Notes: generated by a model not told the origin, from the letters alone. 44,719 nt of DNA from Spirochaetia bacterium (GCA_038204425.1 JBBRCZ010000018.1:1-44719); one strand, 5' to 3'. Counted from the first letter of the stretch, positions 27,347 to 39,113 are shown. A program made the numbers and translations.

Positions 27347-27375
27347 AAAAAGGCTGCCTTTTTTTAGGCAGCCTT
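27345..27375 (-). terminator. Intrinsic terminator of the sdh-suc operon (possibly bidirectional)
   Basis: Stem AAGGCTGCCT / AGGCAGCCTT. The + strand A-run gives a U-tract on the minus strand. Confidence 0.8.
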
Positions 27376-27393
27376 AGTTGCAGGGCGTGAGAT

Positions 27394-28503
27394 CTAAAGG
27401 TCCAGCATCAAGTTGAGCGGGTCTTCTAAGAGCGTCTTGATACGCATCAAGAAAGTGATGGCATCACGTCCATCTAAAATTCTATGGTCATAGGTTAAGG
27501 CTAAGTACATCATTGGCCGGATCACAATCTGACCATCGCGAACGACGGGCCTATCTTGGATGGTGTGCATGCCCAAGACGGCCGTCTGCGGTGGGTTGGG
27601 GATGGGAGTCGATAAGAGCGAACCAAACACGCCACCGTTAGAAATGGTAAAGGTTCCGCCGGCCAACTCGTCGGGTAAGAGTCGGCGTTCTTTTGCGCGT
27701 TTGCCAAAGTCGGCAATAGTGCTTTCTATCTGGGCAAAGCTTAAGTCGTCTGCATTGCGCAAAACAGGCGTAACCAAGCCTTTTTCGGTACTTACTGCCA
27801 CACTAATGTCTACAAAATCGTTGTAGACGATAGTCTCACCATCCACGTAGGCGTTGATCGCTTCAAACTCTTTTAGAGCGCGCGCACTGGCTCTCACAAA
27901 AAAGCTCATATATCCCAAGCGAGTGCCATGTTTCTTTTCAAAGGCTTCTTTGTAGCGCGCGCGTGTTTTGCCAACTTCTAACAAGTCAACTTCGTTAAAG
28001 GTGGTCAAATGTGCCGCATGCAGTTTGCTGTCAACCATTCTATGCGCAATGTTGCGTCTGAGGTTGGTCATCGGCACGCGGCGTTGGCTGCGACCTTGAG
28101 CCATGGTGTTGCTAAGCACAGCTGCAATCGGCTGACTAACGATAGGTGCTACACTCGGCTTTGCGGCCGGTGCCGGGGTTGCAACGGTCTCTGCTTTTGG
28201 TGCTGGACTTGGACTTGGACTAGCGCTTGGACTTGGACTAGCGCTTGGAGCGGCAACTTTGGCTGTGGCTCCCACTTCAATAGTGCCAACTTGATCCCCA
28301 ATAGCAACTTCGCTTCCTGAGGCAATGGTGATATGGAGAACACCATCAACATCGGCAGTAACTGGTAAGGTAGCCTTGTCGGTTTCTAGCTCAAAAAGTT
28401 CTTCACCAGCGCTTACTGCTTGGCCTTCCTGCTTGAGCCAGGCTGACAAGACGCCGCTGCTTACAGATTCGCCCACAGGGGGGACAATCACCGGTTTGGT
28501 CAT
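27394..28503 (-). CDS. sucB: 2-oxoglutarate dehydrogenase E2, dihydrolipoyllysine-residue succinyltransferase
   Basis: Lipoyl motif ETDKA. Catalytic motifs [23 protein letters not shown] and [13 protein letters not shown]. Confidence 0.95.
   Translation of the reverse strand: MTKPVIVPPVGESVSSGVLSAWLKQEGQAVSAGEELFELETDKATLPVTADVDGVLHITIASGSEVAIGDQVGTIEVGATAKVAAPSASPSPSASPSPSPAPKAETVATPAPAAKPSVAPIVSQPIAAVLSNTMAQGRSQRRVPMTNLRRNIAHRMVDSKLHAAHLTTFNEVDLLEVGKTRARYKEAFEKKHGTRLGYMSFFVRASARALKEFEAINAYVDGETIVYNDFVDISVAVSTEKGLVTPVLRNADDLSFAQIESTIADFGKRAKERRLLPDELAGGTFTISNGGVFGSLLSTPIPNPPQTAVLGMHTIQDRPVVRDGQIVIRPMMYLALTYDHRILDGRDAITFLMRIKTLLEDPLNLMLDL
28208..28249. repeat. 18-bp tandem repeat in the SucB Pro/Ser/Ala linker
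   Basis: CTTGGACTTGGACTAGCG twice plus a partial copy, encoding PSASPS repeats on the minus strand. Confidence 0.85.
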
Positions 28504-31484
28504 TGGGGTTTCCTTTCACTTGAGTCTTTGGCAGTCGTTTTTTGTTTTGGCGCAGCAAAGGCTTGATCCAATAGGATTTGTAGTTCTTCCATGTGTTGTT
28601 TGTGGCTGCCGGTTGCGGGACTGGCGCTTTCTCCACGTCCTACGTAGCTCAACTCAGCCCAAGCCGATGTGCTGGCGTTGGCGGATAGCACTGACTTTGC
28701 CAAGGGTGAGGCCTTGTTAGTGGCTTGGATTATCTGGGGCGCGAGCCTAAAAATAAAGGACCAAGCACCATGGTTCTGATTCTCTTCTTGAACCCAACGG
28801 AGCGTGCTTAGATTTTTGTAGCGCGACAGGATGGAGGCAAGTTCTGCTTGCGGAAACGGATACAACTGCTCAATGCGAACTATGGCAACATGCTTGGCAG
28901 CTCGTTTGTCACGTTCGACAACCAGGTCGTAGTAAACTTTTCCGGCACACAACAAAACTATGGTTTCTTGACCTGAGGCAGCTTTGTCATCGATTACAAA
29001 GTTAAATCGGCCTTCTGCAAGTTCGGCGATGGACGACACTGCCATCTTGTGCCGCAACAGACTCTTGGGTGACATGATGATCAAAGGTTTACGGAAGTTC
29101 TGCTTAATTTGCTTACGCAACAAGTGATAGATCTGTGCCGGGCTGGTAGGGTAGACGACTTGGATATTGTCCTCGCCACAGCGCGCCAAAAATCGGTCGA
29201 GGTGAGCGCTGGAATGCTCGGGCCCTTGGCCTTCGTAGCCGTGTGGCAAAAGCATTACCAATCCAGATGACCTAAACCACTTGGTTTCGCCCGAAACAAT
29301 AAATTGGTCTATAATTACCTGCGCCCCGTTGGAGAAGTCTCCAAACTGAGCTTCCCACATTATTAGGTAGTTGGGCATGGTGATCGAATAACCGTATTCA
29401 AAGCCAAGTACCGCAAACTCAGAAAGTGGACTGTCATAAACGGCAAAAACGCCTTGTTCTGGTGCCAAGTTTTGCAAAGCAGTCCAGGACTTTGGCTCTT
29501 GCGCTTCCACGTCCCACCATACCGAATGACGGTGGCTAAAAGTACCGCGTTGGCAGTCCTCGCCCGACAACCTGACGGCGTGGCCATCCAAAAGTACTGT
29601 ACCAAAAGCAAGTGCTTCGGCCAGACCCCAGTCGGCCATGTGTTCATCAAAAAACATCTTTTGGCGCTCGCCAACAATCTTTTGCAGTTTGGGGTGCAAG
29701 TGAAATCCCTCAGGCACATTGGCAATTGTCTTAGCAATTTGCTCGAGTTTGGCCATGCTAACTCGTGTATCAACTGCGTCCCAGCTATATTCCTTTTTAA
29801 AACGCTTCCACTCACCTTCGGCAAAGCCGTCGTTTACCTTGGGCACGTAGCCGGTTCTGGCGCGAGCAAGTTCTGCACTCAGGCTGGCTTTGTAACTCGC
29901 AAGAAAGGCGTCTTGTTCACTCTTGGACCAAATACCTTCTTCGGCCAGTTTTTGGCCATAGATGACCGGTGTACTTGCGTGCTCTTTAATAAGTGAGTAC
30001 ATACGTGGGTGGGTAAATGATGGTTCATCGGTTTCATTGTGGCCGAGGCGGCGATAGCAGATGATGTCTACCACCACGTCGTGTCCAAATTTTTGCCTAA
30101 ACAGCAGCGCCAGATTTATCGCCTTTGCCACAGCCTCGGGGTCATCTCCGTTGACGTGGAAGATAGGAATGTTGATGCTCTTGGCAATATCAGTCGCAAA
30201 AAAGGTGCTGCGTGCGTCGCGGCTTGCAGTAGTAAAGCCAATTTGGTTGTTGATAATAATGTGAACCGTTCCGCCAGTTTTGTAGCCTTTGAGCTGGCTC
30301 AGATTGAGCGTCTCCGCTATAACACCCTGTCCAGAAAAAGCCGCATCGCCATGAATAAGAATCGGAAGCACTTTTTTGCGCGTGCGGTCGCCACGTCTGC
30401 GTTGCTGGGCGCGTGCTTTGCCTTCTACAACTGGATTTACTGCCTCAAGATGGCTTGGGTTGGCTACCAAGTTGAGGTAGATCTCTTTGCCGGTTTCTTC
30501 ATCTTTAACACTTGAGGAAAAACCAAGATGGTACTTTACGTCGCCGTTGCCGCCAAAGTCGTGCGGTTTGTAGTGGTCGTCAAATTTGGCAAAAATTTCT
30601 ACTACTGGTCGGCCCAAGGCGTTAACAAATACGTTTAGACGCCCGCGGTGGGCCATGCCTATCACCATTTCGGCAATACCGGCCTTGACCGACTGGTTTA
30701 TCAAATAGGTGAGAGCCGGAATAAGCACTTCGCTACCTTCGAGCGAAAAGCGCTTCTGACCAACAAAACTTGCGTGTATAAAGTGCTCAAAGGCCTCGGC
30801 TTTAATCAGTTCTTTTTGAAACAGAATTTTGTGATCTTTGCCAAAGTCTGGCAAGGCTCGCAAGCCTTCCAAGTGGTCCAAAATCCAGCGTCGCATAACC
30901 TTGTTTTGGATATGCATTACTTCAGTGCCCAACTTACCGCAGTAAATACTGCGCATGCGGGAAAAAATCTCTCGTAACGTTAAGTTGGACGGTTGCAAAA
31001 AGCGACCAGCAAAAAAGGTTTGATCTAAATCAGCTTCTTCGAGGGCGTATTCCTTGAGAGATAGCGTGTCGTAATCGCCCTCAACCGAGAACATGCGGTA
31101 GTACATATCAGGTGTCAAGTAACCCTTGAGTGGATTTATGTCAGCGTAGAGATACCCGATGTCTCTAAATGCCCAAATTAGACTGGTTACTCGGCCTTGT
31201 TTACTGTTTTCTTTGTCATGGCCACTTGCTCCTTCTGGCGGTCGCTCAAAGGCGCCAGGAATGGGGGCCGTACTTGCTTTTTTGGCAGCAGAATCAGAAA
31301 CGGGCCTGCTGACTGCGACTGGTCTCGCAGCAAGTTCTGCCTCTTGAGTAGCAAAAAACGCTTGCCAAGAACTGTCTATGGAGGTCGGGTCTTGCAGCCA
31401 ATCTTGATAGAGTTCATCAATAAAGGCTGCGTTAACCGTTTGTAAGTCTTGCAAACCTGATAGGTTGGGACTGGATGCTGTCAT
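28500..31484 (-). CDS. sucA: 2-oxoglutarate dehydrogenase E1
   Basis: Motifs [58 protein letters not shown] and [14 protein letters not shown]. Confidence 0.97.
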   Translation of the reverse strand: MTASSPNLSGLQDLQTVNAAFIDELYQDWLQDPTSIDSSWQAFFATQEAELAARPVAVSRPVSDSAAKKASTAPIPGAFERPPEGASGHDKENSKQGRVTSLIWAFRDIGYLYADINPLKGYLTPDMYYRMFSVEGDYDTLSLKEYALEEADLDQTFFAGRFLQPSNLTLREIFSRMRSIYCGKLGTEVMHIQNKVMRRWILDHLEGLRALPDFGKDHKILFQKELIKAEAFEHFIHASFVGQKRFSLEGSEVLIPALTYLINQSVKAGIAEMVIGMAHRGRLNVFVNALGRPVVEIFAKFDDHYKPHDFGGNGDVKYHLGFSSSVKDEETGKEIYLNLVANPSHLEAVNPVVEGKARAQQRRRGDRTRKKVLPILIHGDAAFSGQGVIAETLNLSQLKGYKTGGTVHIIINNQIGFTTASRDARSTFFATDIAKSINIPIFHVNGDDPEAVAKAINLALLFRQKFGHDVVVDIICYRRLGHNETDEPSFTHPRMYSLIKEHASTPVIYGQKLAEEGIWSKSEQDAFLASYKASLSAELARARTGYVPKVNDGFAEGEWKRFKKEYSWDAVDTRVSMAKLEQIAKTIANVPEGFHLHPKLQKIVGERQKMFFDEHMADWGLAEALAFGTVLLDGHAVRLSGEDCQRGTFSHRHSVWWDVEAQEPKSWTALQNLAPEQGVFAVYDSPLSEFAVLGFEYGYSITMPNYLIMWEAQFGDFSNGAQVIIDQFIVSGETKWFRSSGLVMLLPHGYEGQGPEHSSAHLDRFLARCGEDNIQVVYPTSPAQIYHLLRKQIKQNFRKPLIIMSPKSLLRHKMAVSSIAELAEGRFNFVIDDKAASGQETIVLLCAGKVYYDLVVERDKRAAKHVAIVRIEQLYPFPQAELASILSRYKNLSTLRWVQEENQNHGAWSFIFRLAPQIIQATNKASPLAKSVLSANASTSAWAELSYVGRGESASPATGSHKQHMEELQILLDQAFAAPKQKTTAKDSSERKPQ

Positions 31485-31487
31485 AGT

Positions 31488-32363
31488 TTAACCTAAGCCC
31501 AATGCTTGTTTAATTAAGCCAGGAATTTGGCTTGGGGTATCGGCTACACGAATACCTGCGGCTTCCATAGCCGCTACCTTGGCTTGAGGAGTACCCTTGC
31601 CACCAGAGATAATAGCTCCCGCGTGACCCATGCGTTTTCCCGGCGGTGCCGTGCGGCCTGAGATAAAGCCCACGACAGGTTTTTTGATGTTTTTGGCAAC
31701 GTAGTCGGCCGCAGCTTCTTCGTCTTCGCCACCGATTTCACCAATTACCACCACGGCGTCGGTGTCCTTGTCTTCGCCAAAGCGTGCCAATATGTCAATA
31801 AAGCCAGAACCAACTATGGGGTCGCCACCTATACCTACGCAGGTGCTTTGTCCAAGTCCAGCTTGGGTAAGATTGTGTACTACTTCGTAAGTCAACGTGC
31901 CAGATCTGCTTATTACGCCAATTCTGCCCGGTTTATGGATTTTGTACGGCATGATGCCGATCTTGCACTTTCCTGGGCTAATCAGGCCGGGGCAGTTGGG
32001 TCCAATAAGAGTTAAGCCGCGCTCTCGTACCATATGGTAGTAGAAAAGCATCTGATTGATGGGCAAACCTTCAGTTATGCAAATGATCAAAGGAACCTTA
32101 GCGTTGGCTGCTTCTTCGATAGCTTTGCCAGCATAGGGCGCAGGTACAAAGATGACACTGGCGTCAATCTTTTGAGCAGCAACAGCTTCGGCAACCGTAT
32201 TGTAAACTGGCACTTTGTCCATAAAGCTGCCGCCCTTGCCAGGGGTAACGCCTGCTACAATTTTGGTTCCATCAGCGATCATGGTTCTGGCATGAAAGCT
32301 GCCATCTCGACCAGTGATGCCTTGCACGAGTACGTTTGTGTTTTCGTCAATAAGTATGCTCAT
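31488..32363 (-). CDS. sucD: Succinyl-CoA ligase alpha subunit
   Basis: Motifs [30 protein letters not shown] and GKRMGHAGA (phospho-His). Confidence 0.97.
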   Translation of the reverse strand: MSILIDENTNVLVQGITGRDGSFHARTMIADGTKIVAGVTPGKGGSFMDKVPVYNTVAEAVAAQKIDASVIFVPAPYAGKAIEEAANAKVPLIICITEGLPINQMLFYYHMVRERGLTLIGPNCPGLISPGKCKIGIMPYKIHKPGRIGVISRSGTLTYEVVHNLTQAGLGQSTCVGIGGDPIVGSGFIDILARFGEDKDTDAVVVIGEIGGEDEEAAADYVAKNIKKPVVGFISGRTAPPGKRMGHAGAIISGGKGTPQAKVAAMEAAGIRVADTPSQIPGLIKQALGLG

Positions 32364-33547
32364 CGTGTTCCTCCTGCCTTACTTGCTGTAGCGGGTGCCT
32401 TGTCTGCCAGCGCAACAATCTTTTGCACGGCTTCGTTGAGGTCGGTGTAGGCGCTAATACCTCGTTTTTGTAAAATATCACGACCTTCTTGATCGTTGGT
32501 TCCAATTAAGCGTACTACCAGTGGTACATCTACCTTAACTTGATCGAGAGCCAAGAGCAGTCCGTTTGCAACATCATCACAGCGAGTGATGCCACCAAAA
32601 ATGTTGAGAAAAATGCCACGCACCTTTGGGTTGCCCATGATTATTTTGATAGCTGCAACAACTTTGTTGGGGTTGGAAGAACCGCCGACGTCGAGGAAGT
32701 TGGCTGGTTCGCCGCCAAAAAGTTTGACAATGTCCATGGTAGCCATGGCTAGGCCTGCACCGTTTACGATACAGCCAATGTGACCGTCCATGCTCACAAA
32801 GCTCAATCCGGCTTCGCGGGCTGCAATTTCATCAGCCGAGTTGTCCTCAGGATTTCGCATGGCCTCAACGTCTTTATGGGCGTAAAGTGCGTTGTCATCA
32901 AAGCTAACTTTGGCATCCAAGGCAACAATTCTGCCATCTTCCAACAGCGCCATCGGGTTGACTTCTACTAAAGTTGCGTCTTTGTCGAGAAAGAGTTTGT
33001 ACATGCGCTCGATAATATTCTTAGCTTGCTGCTGGTGGCTTGGAAGTCCGGCTGGGTGCTCCTTGCCAAAAATTTGCAAGAGCACTTCGTCCAATGCTTT
33101 GTGATCGATACCCTTATCTGCTCGGATACGAAACATAACTATTTTGTCAGGTGCAGTAACCGCAAGTTCTTCTATTTCGGTGCCGCCTTCGGCCGACATC
33201 ATCAAAAGGATAGACTTGTTAAAACGATCCAAGGTAATGCCAACATAAAATTCCTTGGCAATCGCAGCTGCAGGAACAACCAAGACTTTTTCTACAGGGA
33301 TGTCTTTAATGGTAAGTGCGAGGATCTCTTGCGCTTTTTGAAAGGCTTCGTCGGCGCTGGAGGCAACTTTGACGCCGCCAGCCTTACCGCGGCCACCGGA
33401 AAGAACTTGGGCTTTGATGACCACGCGGCCACCAAATTGTTGCCAAGCGCGGCGGGCCTCTTCTGGACGATGACACAAGACCTGGGGACCAGTGTCGATG
33501 CCATAGTGTTTGAGCCATTCTTTTCCTTGATATTCATGTAAATTCAT
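32360..33547 (-). CDS. sucC: Succinyl-CoA ligase beta subunit
   Basis: Motifs [47 protein letters not shown] and [10 protein letters not shown]. Confidence 0.97.
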   Translation of the reverse strand: MNLHEYQGKEWLKHYGIDTGPQVLCHRPEEARRAWQQFGGRVVIKAQVLSGGRGKAGGVKVASSADEAFQKAQEILALTIKDIPVEKVLVVPAAAIAKEFYVGITLDRFNKSILLMMSAEGGTEIEELAVTAPDKIVMFRIRADKGIDHKALDEVLLQIFGKEHPAGLPSHQQQAKNIIERMYKLFLDKDATLVEVNPMALLEDGRIVALDAKVSFDDNALYAHKDVEAMRNPEDNSADEIAAREAGLSFVSMDGHIGCIVNGAGLAMATMDIVKLFGGEPANFLDVGGSSNPNKVVAAIKIIMGNPKVRGIFLNIFGGITRCDDVANGLLLALDQVKVDVPLVVRLIGTNDQEGRDILQKRGISAYTDLNEAVQKIVALADKAPATASKAGGTR

Positions 33548-33576
33548 GCAGGATCCTTTCTGGTTAGTTTTTTTTG

Positions 33577-34317
33577 TTACTCTCTGGTCAACTCACCACG
33601 ATCTTCGCGGTATTTTTTGATCTGTTTCTTGGTTAGATTGATCAACTTGGTAATTTTGATATCTCGCGGACAAGCCTTAGTGCACTCAAAGTGATTGTCA
33701 CATGACCAAACGCCATTGGGGCTGTCGAGCGTTGCCAAGCGAGCTTCTAGTCCACCATCACGGCTGTCGTTGATAAAGCGTGCGGCTTGCACTATGGCTG
33801 CTGGGCCAATGAAATTTGGGTTCTCAATGAGCTTGGGGCAGGCCGAATAGCAGGCGCCACACAGAATGCACTTGGTGGCTTCATCATAGGCCTCGCGTTC
33901 CTCGACGCTTTGTACAAACTCGCGACCGTCCTCGGGCGCCGCCTTTGCAGCCATAAAGAAGGGTTGCACCGAGCGATAGTTGTTAAAGAAGACGGTTTGG
34001 TCCACCATTAAGTCGCGCTGGACACTCATGTGGTTGAGCGGTTCTATGGTTACTACGTCTCCCTCGGCGATGTTGATGTCCCTAAAAAGAGTCTTACAAG
34101 CCAAGGCTTCTTTGCCATTGATGCGCATTGCATCAGAACCACACACACCGTGGGCGCAGGATCGTCTAAAGCCAAGTGAGGCGTCTACGTTTCGTTTTAT
34201 GTGCTCAAGCGCATCCAAAATACGCTCTTCTGGCTGAATTTCTACCTGATAGTCTTGAAAATAGGGCTCAAAGTCATGACCTGGATTGTAGCGATGCACG
34301 TGTAAGGTTATACGCAT
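33577..34317 (-). CDS. sdhB: Succinate dehydrogenase/fumarate reductase iron-sulfur subunit
   Basis: Cluster motifs RRSCAHGVCGSD...LAC, CILCGACYSACP and CDNHFECTKACP. SD GGAGG before ATG 34317. Confidence 0.93.
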   Translation of the reverse strand: MRITLHVHRYNPGHDFEPYFQDYQVEIQPEERILDALEHIKRNVDASLGFRRSCAHGVCGSDAMRINGKEALACKTLFRDINIAEGDVVTIEPLNHMSVQRDLMVDQTVFFNNYRSVQPFFMAAKAAPEDGREFVQSVEEREAYDEATKCILCGACYSACPKLIENPNFIGPAAIVQAARFINDSRDGGLEARLATLDSPNGVWSCDNHFECTKACPRDIKITKLINLTKKQIKKYREDRGELTRE

Positions 34318-34357
34318 GAGAAAACCTCCATAGGTTTGCATAGATGTGTTTTAATCA

Positions 34358-36094
34358 TTAGTAGGTCCTCGGTTTTGGCTTCCAGATACTGGTGTCTACT
34401 TCTTTGTAGCGCAAGGAAACCTTGTTGCCGTCAAGTTCGGCCAAGCTGTGTTTGAGCCAGTTGGGATCATCACGTTCTGGAAAGTCTTTGCGACTGTGGG
34501 CACCGCGGCTCTCTTGGCGGGCCAAGGCAGCTTCGGCGGTCACCAAGCTCAAGTCTAGCAGGTTTTCCAGTTCCAAAATGCCCAATAGGTCCGAGTTAAA
34601 GGTGGCAGTTGGGTCCTGCACTCTAACTTGCAAAAACTCTTCGCGCAGGCGCTGAACATCTTCAACAGCAATCTTCATATTGGCCTCGTCGCGGTACACT
34701 CCGACGTTGCGCATCATAGTCTCTTGCATGCGTTCGTAAATCGGGCCGCTGGGAGGACATTTGCCGCCACTCTTTAGGCGAGCAAGCTTTTCTCGGAAGT
34801 CTTGATCCGCGTTGCGTGCTAAGGCCGGTAGGGCGTTCTTTTTTACAAATTCAGCAATGTGCTCTCCAGCGCGCTTACCAAAAACCACCAAGTCTACCAA
34901 ACTGTTGGTACCAAGCCGGTTGGCACCGTGAACGCTTACACACGCGCATTCGCCGGCAGCATACAATCCAGTCCAAACTGTCTTGCCATCAGTTACGCGG
35001 CCGTCGATGTCGGTTGGAATGCCACCCATGGCGTAGTGAGCCGTCGGTTGTACCGGCATTGGCTTTTCGGCCGGGTCAATACCAAGGTAGGTGCGACAAA
35101 AGTCGGCGATGTCAGGAATCTTCTTTTCTACCACGTCGCGGCCGAGATGACTTGCATCCAAAGTGACCCAGTCGTCCATCTTTCCGTCGCCACGCACGCC
35201 ACGCCCTTCCAAAATTTCTGTCATAATTGCGCGGCTAACCATGTCACGCGGTGCTAAGTCCAGCAGGGTAGGAGCGTAGGTTTTCATAAAGGCTTCGCCT
35301 TTGCCATTGAGCAAAATGCCGCCTTCGCCACGCACACCTTCGGTAATCAAAATGCCAAAACCCTTGATGCCGGTCGGATGGAACTGATAAAATTCCATGT
35401 CTTCGAGCGGGATGCCCGACCGGGCGCAGAGCGCTGGTCCGTCCCCGGTATTGGCAAAGGCGTTGGAAGTGACCTTAAACATGCGGCCAAAACCGCCAGT
35501 GGCAAACATAACTGCCTTGCTGCGGAAGATGTGAATCTCACCAGTTTTGAGTTCCAAAACTACAATGCCTGCGATCCGGACACCGTCCGTATCAAAAATT
35601 AGGTCAACAGCCTGAAACTCATCATAAAAATGTACATTGTTTTTTATGCATTGTTGATACAAGGTTTGCAAAATCATATGACCAGTACGATCTGCTGCAT
35701 AACAACTGCGGTGCACAGGTCCCTCTCCAAAATTGCGCGTGTGGCCGCCAAAACGACGTTGGTCAATCCTGCCATCAGCAGTTCGGCTAAAAGGAAGCCC
35801 GCGTCGTTCCAAATCGTAAACCGCTCGCACTGCATCTTGGGCCAAAAGCATGGCTGCTTTTTGGTCCACCAAATAGTCGCCACCTTTAACCGTGTCAAAG
35901 GCGTGCCATTCTGGTTTGTCCTCTTCGACATTTCCCAGCGCCGCCCCTATCCCACCCTGCGCAGCGCCGGTATGACTGCGTGTTGGGTACAACTTACTGA
36001 TTACCGCGGTGCGTGCGGTTTTGCTGGCTTCAAGTGCGGCATATAGACCCGCCCCTCCAGCTCCAACTATTACTGCATCAAATTCGTAAACCAC
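34358..36094 (-). CDS. sdhA: Succinate dehydrogenase/fumarate reductase flavoprotein subunit
   Basis: Motifs [16 protein letters not shown] (FAD-His), [34 protein letters not shown] and ESRGAH. Start placed at GTG 36094 after a GGGGG SD. Confidence 0.94.
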   Translation of the reverse strand: MVYEFDAVIVGAGGAGLYAALEASKTARTAVISKLYPTRSHTGAAQGGIGAALGNVEEDKPEWHAFDTVKGGDYLVDQKAAMLLAQDAVRAVYDLERRGLPFSRTADGRIDQRRFGGHTRNFGEGPVHRSCYAADRTGHMILQTLYQQCIKNNVHFYDEFQAVDLIFDTDGVRIAGIVVLELKTGEIHIFRSKAVMFATGGFGRMFKVTSNAFANTGDGPALCARSGIPLEDMEFYQFHPTGIKGFGILITEGVRGEGGILLNGKGEAFMKTYAPTLLDLAPRDMVSRAIMTEILEGRGVRGDGKMDDWVTLDASHLGRDVVEKKIPDIADFCRTYLGIDPAEKPMPVQPTAHYAMGGIPTDIDGRVTDGKTVWTGLYAAGECACVSVHGANRLGTNSLVDLVVFGKRAGEHIAEFVKKNALPALARNADQDFREKLARLKSGGKCPPSGPIYERMQETMMRNVGVYRDEANMKIAVEDVQRLREEFLQVRVQDPTATFNSDLLGILELENLLDLSLVTAEAALARQESRGAHSRKDFPERDDPNWLKHSLAELDGNKVSLRYKEVDTSIWKPKPRTY

Positions 36095-36163
36095 CCTAAT
36101 CCCCCATGGAAGAAGTCGGCGCACACAAAGCTGCCGTCGAGACTGTTTAGACCTCTACCCACC

Positions 36164-36193
36164 AGTATATGCGTCTTGTCACTTTCGTGCCAA
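36164..36193 (-). promoter_or_regulatory. Putative sigma70 promoter of sdhAB-sucCD-sucAB
   Basis: Minus strand reads TTGGCA-18 nt-TATACT, about 70 nt upstream of the sdhA start. Confidence 0.55.
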
Positions 36194-36308
36194 AAATATC
36201 CTGCTATTTTAATCAGGAATTATGGTTATTACCAGCCTGATTTACCAGTCTCAAAGCATAGTTTGTTTTTACTCTTGCTCAGGTGCTGGATTAGTATTAC
36301 TTTATGTC

Positions 36309-37721
36309 ATGTCCTTTTCAGATATAGCTTCAATCCCAGAGAAGTTTTTTAAAAAATATTGGTCAAAAATTGTTAGAGATCCCCACTTTACTAGTGTAGT
36401 TAAAAAACTTACTTACAAAGAATCCAAAAAAAAGCAGAATTTACGCGGCCTTAAGGCTCTATGGCATCGCATCAAAAATTTCGGCTTCTACCGTGGCGTA
36501 ATAACCAAGCTTAAGTCTATTCGCTCCGCGATGGACTTTCAGAAATTTATGCTGACACTGGTCTCCAGTCTCATCAAACGCACCAGTGAAGGTCTAACTG
36601 TGTCGGGTCTCAGTAACATTACGGATCTCGGCTATTCTTTATTAGATATTGGCAAATCAGAAATTCTTAAATCACAAATAGGCAAAACCAATAAAGAACA
36701 AGAGCAAATAGCCAGTGCATCAGGTATCGGCATTTGCTTTTTGTCGAGCCACCGCAGTACCGCACTTGATCCAACCTTGACCAGCTTTGTTTTGCGCCAC
36801 TATTTTGCCAAGGGCGTACACAATGCAGCTGGCGACAACATTTTTAAGACCCCTTGGCTGGGAGACCTGATTAGGCTTAACCGCGGCTTTATGGTTAAGC
36901 GAGAAGTCGAAGACATGGACGAAAAAATCGCCGAGGCTCGACGTTTGTCGGGTTATATAGACGATCTCAATAATCAAGGTGAGTGGGTTTGGATTGCACA
37001 TCGTAACGGGCGTGCCAAAGACGGCAATGATCTTACTGACTCGGCAGTACCCAGCATGCTCAAAATGGCACTTAGTGAAACAAGCGACTGGCAAGACTTT
37101 GCCAGAACAAGGGCACTAATGCCAATAGCTATGAGTTGGGAGATGATACCGCTGGATAATCTTATGGCGCAAGAACTTAACGGTCTGCTTACCCACAAGG
37201 GTAAGCATCGTGACATGCAGAATATTTTTTCTGAGATTAAGCTCAAGAAAAAACGAATCCATATTCATTATGCCAAACGTATTGACCCCGATACTATTTC
37301 CAATCGAAAACAACTAGTCAAGGCGATAGACAATGGGATTCATAGTGGCACGCGACTGTGGGAAGCCAATTGGTTGGCGTGGCTCAGAAATTTGCGTGCT
37401 CAGGATGCTGACGGGGCAGATCAAGCAGCAAAGATGCTTTTGGCTCGCGTGGATCTGTCAAAGGCCGCTTGGTTGCCGGGCCATATCGAAAAACATCGCG
37501 CTCAAACGCTTGCTGCCTTAGAATCTGGCGATCTGGACTTAAACATGACTCCAGCTCAGCCGCAAGAAAAGTCATTGCCCGAGCGAGCCGATGATGTAGC
37601 CCGGTCACTCTGGTCTATGTATGCGGCGGTGGTGGAAAACGCAATTCAATCGCTTGGGTCTTTGTCTGCGGTGCTCGATTACCAAGATGCCTTGCAGCTA
37701 GATTGCGTTAGCCCGCGCTAA
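36309..37721 (+). CDS. Phospholipid/glycerol acyltransferase-family protein (PlsC superfamily)
   Basis: Motifs FLSSHRSTALDP, AGDNIF, GFMVKR and WIAHRNGRAKDGNDLT. The start is uncertain (36309 preferred, 36222 possible). Confidence 0.72.
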   Translation: MSFSDIASIPEKFFKKYWSKIVRDPHFTSVVKKLTYKESKKKQNLRGLKALWHRIKNFGFYRGVITKLKSIRSAMDFQKFMLTLVSSLIKRTSEGLTVSGLSNITDLGYSLLDIGKSEILKSQIGKTNKEQEQIASASGIGICFLSSHRSTALDPTLTSFVLRHYFAKGVHNAAGDNIFKTPWLGDLIRLNRGFMVKREVEDMDEKIAEARRLSGYIDDLNNQGEWVWIAHRNGRAKDGNDLTDSAVPSMLKMALSETSDWQDFARTRALMPIAMSWEMIPLDNLMAQELNGLLTHKGKHRDMQNIFSEIKLKKKRIHIHYAKRIDPDTISNRKQLVKAIDNGIHSGTRLWEANWLAWLRNLRAQDADGADQAAKMLLARVDLSKAAWLPGHIEKHRAQTLAALESGDLDLNMTPAQPQEKSLPERADDVARSLWSMYAAVVENAIQSLGSLSAVLDYQDALQLDCVSPR

Positions 37722-38495
37722 TTATCTTTTGTATTCTTCGGTAAGGTATGACGCCTCGTAGCCTTTGATAACTTTAACCCAGTCAAGGAACTTTCCTGCT
37801 TCTTGTTTTTGGCCGTAAGGACCGTAACGTAGGCGATAGTATTCTTGCCCGCTAACCACTTTGGTACTCACGCGACCGTTAAAACCAAGCTGCGACATGT
37901 CGGTTCTGACCTGTTCTACTCTATCACGGTTGGTACTTGCGATAATCTGAATCCAGTATTGTGTTGAGCTAGTGCTTTGCGCGACGGCAGGATTTGGCGC
38001 GCGGCTTGCTTCCCTTTGGCGAATGCTGGTAGTGCTTCGGGCGAGACTGGTCTTAGGCATGTTGTCAATTACCACAATTTGGGACTGGCTTTGCTTGCCG
38101 GTATTTGGATTGGCGTTTTGTTGCGGATTAACTCGTATCAACTTGTTATCGGGACCGACCTGGTATTCTGGGCCACCGTAAACAATGGTTACTTCTTGGT
38201 TTTGGGTCTGATTTAGGGCAGCTAAGGCTGCAGGATCCAAAGTTGTGCTGGTAGCGTTGGGATCAAAGATGGTGCTACTTGTGGATCCAAGTGCAAGACT
38301 GGCAAGAGTTGTGCTAGTTGAGGAACCAGTCAAAACGAAGCGGGTATCACCTGATGGAGTGCGAGGGTAGTTTAACCAAAAAACCAAACCAATAACTACG
38401 ACAGCTACCGTACAAATGATAACAATGGTACTAATTGTCTTTTTGTTGTCGTTCTGCTCGGTTAGGCGTTCCGTACCGTGTTCGGTTTTATCCAT
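37722..38495 (-). CDS. Membrane-anchored SPOR-domain protein (FtsN/DamX-like architecture)
   Basis: One N-terminal TM segment, a Ser/Thr/Gln-rich linker, and a C-terminal YWIQI...YYRLRYGPY SPOR pattern. Confidence 0.85.
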   Translation of the reverse strand: MDKTEHGTERLTEQNDNKKTISTIVIICTVAVVVIGLVFWLNYPRTPSGDTRFVLTGSSTSTTLASLALGSTSSTIFDPNATSTTLDPAALAALNQTQNQEVTIVYGGPEYQVGPDNKLIRVNPQQNANPNTGKQSQSQIVVIDNMPKTSLARSTTSIRQREASRAPNPAVAQSTSSTQYWIQIIASTNRDRVEQVRTDMSQLGFNGRVSTKVVSGQEYYRLRYGPYGQKQEAGKFLDWVKVIKGYEASYLTEEYKR

Positions 38496-38510
38496 TTTAA
38501 ATTCTCCCTG

Positions 38511-39113
38511 CTATGCACGTTTATCAGTAGCTAGGCCCACAATCTTTGCCAGCTGCTTCAAGAAGCCCTTGGTATTGTGGCTACTTACTCTATGAATATC
38601 GGCACAATGCTTTGCTTGTTGAGCAAAAAGGCCACGCTGTTGTTTCATTCGTTGTATGGTGGCAAAGAGTCCTTTTTTGTCTCGCTTGAGCCCACGATAG
38701 AGGCGCAGTAGCCATGGTGCATCGATGATTACAACTTTGTCACAGACTTGGTCTAAGTGCATTTTTAACAGTATGGCTGCGTTGACAATAATCACCTGTT
38801 GCCAAGCTGCGCCATGATCTACAACTGCTTCTGCACTAAGTTTTTTGATCATTTCTTTAACCATGACAACCATGTGTGGGTGGACGATTGACTCGAGCAA
38901 GGCGAGTTTTTTTGGATCACTAAAAACTTGTTTGGCCAAGCTTGCGCGCTCATTGCTGCCAAACTCTCGTGTAATTCGATAAGCTTGGTCCTGTAAGGCT
39001 TGGTGGCCAAGTTTATCTACGTCAATTTGGCGAGCACCCAAGCTTTGTAATGCTTCACTTAACCGGGACTTGCCCGCACAGTAGCTCCCACCCAGGCCTA
39101 AGATCAGTGCCAT
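38511..39113 (-). CDS. coaE: Dephospho-CoA kinase
   Basis: P-loop GGSYCAGKS. Motifs IDVDKLGH, LESIVHP, NAAIL and CDKV. Coupled to polA by TAATG. Confidence 0.85.
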   Translation of the reverse strand: MALILGLGGSYCAGKSRLSEALQSLGARQIDVDKLGHQALQDQAYRITREFGSNERASLAKQVFSDPKKLALLESIVHPHMVVMVKEMIKKLSAEAVVDHGAAWQQVIIVNAAILLKMHLDQVCDKVVIIDAPWLLRLYRGLKRDKKGLFATIQRMKQQRGLFAQQAKHCADIHRVSSHNTKGFLKQLAKIVGLATDKRA

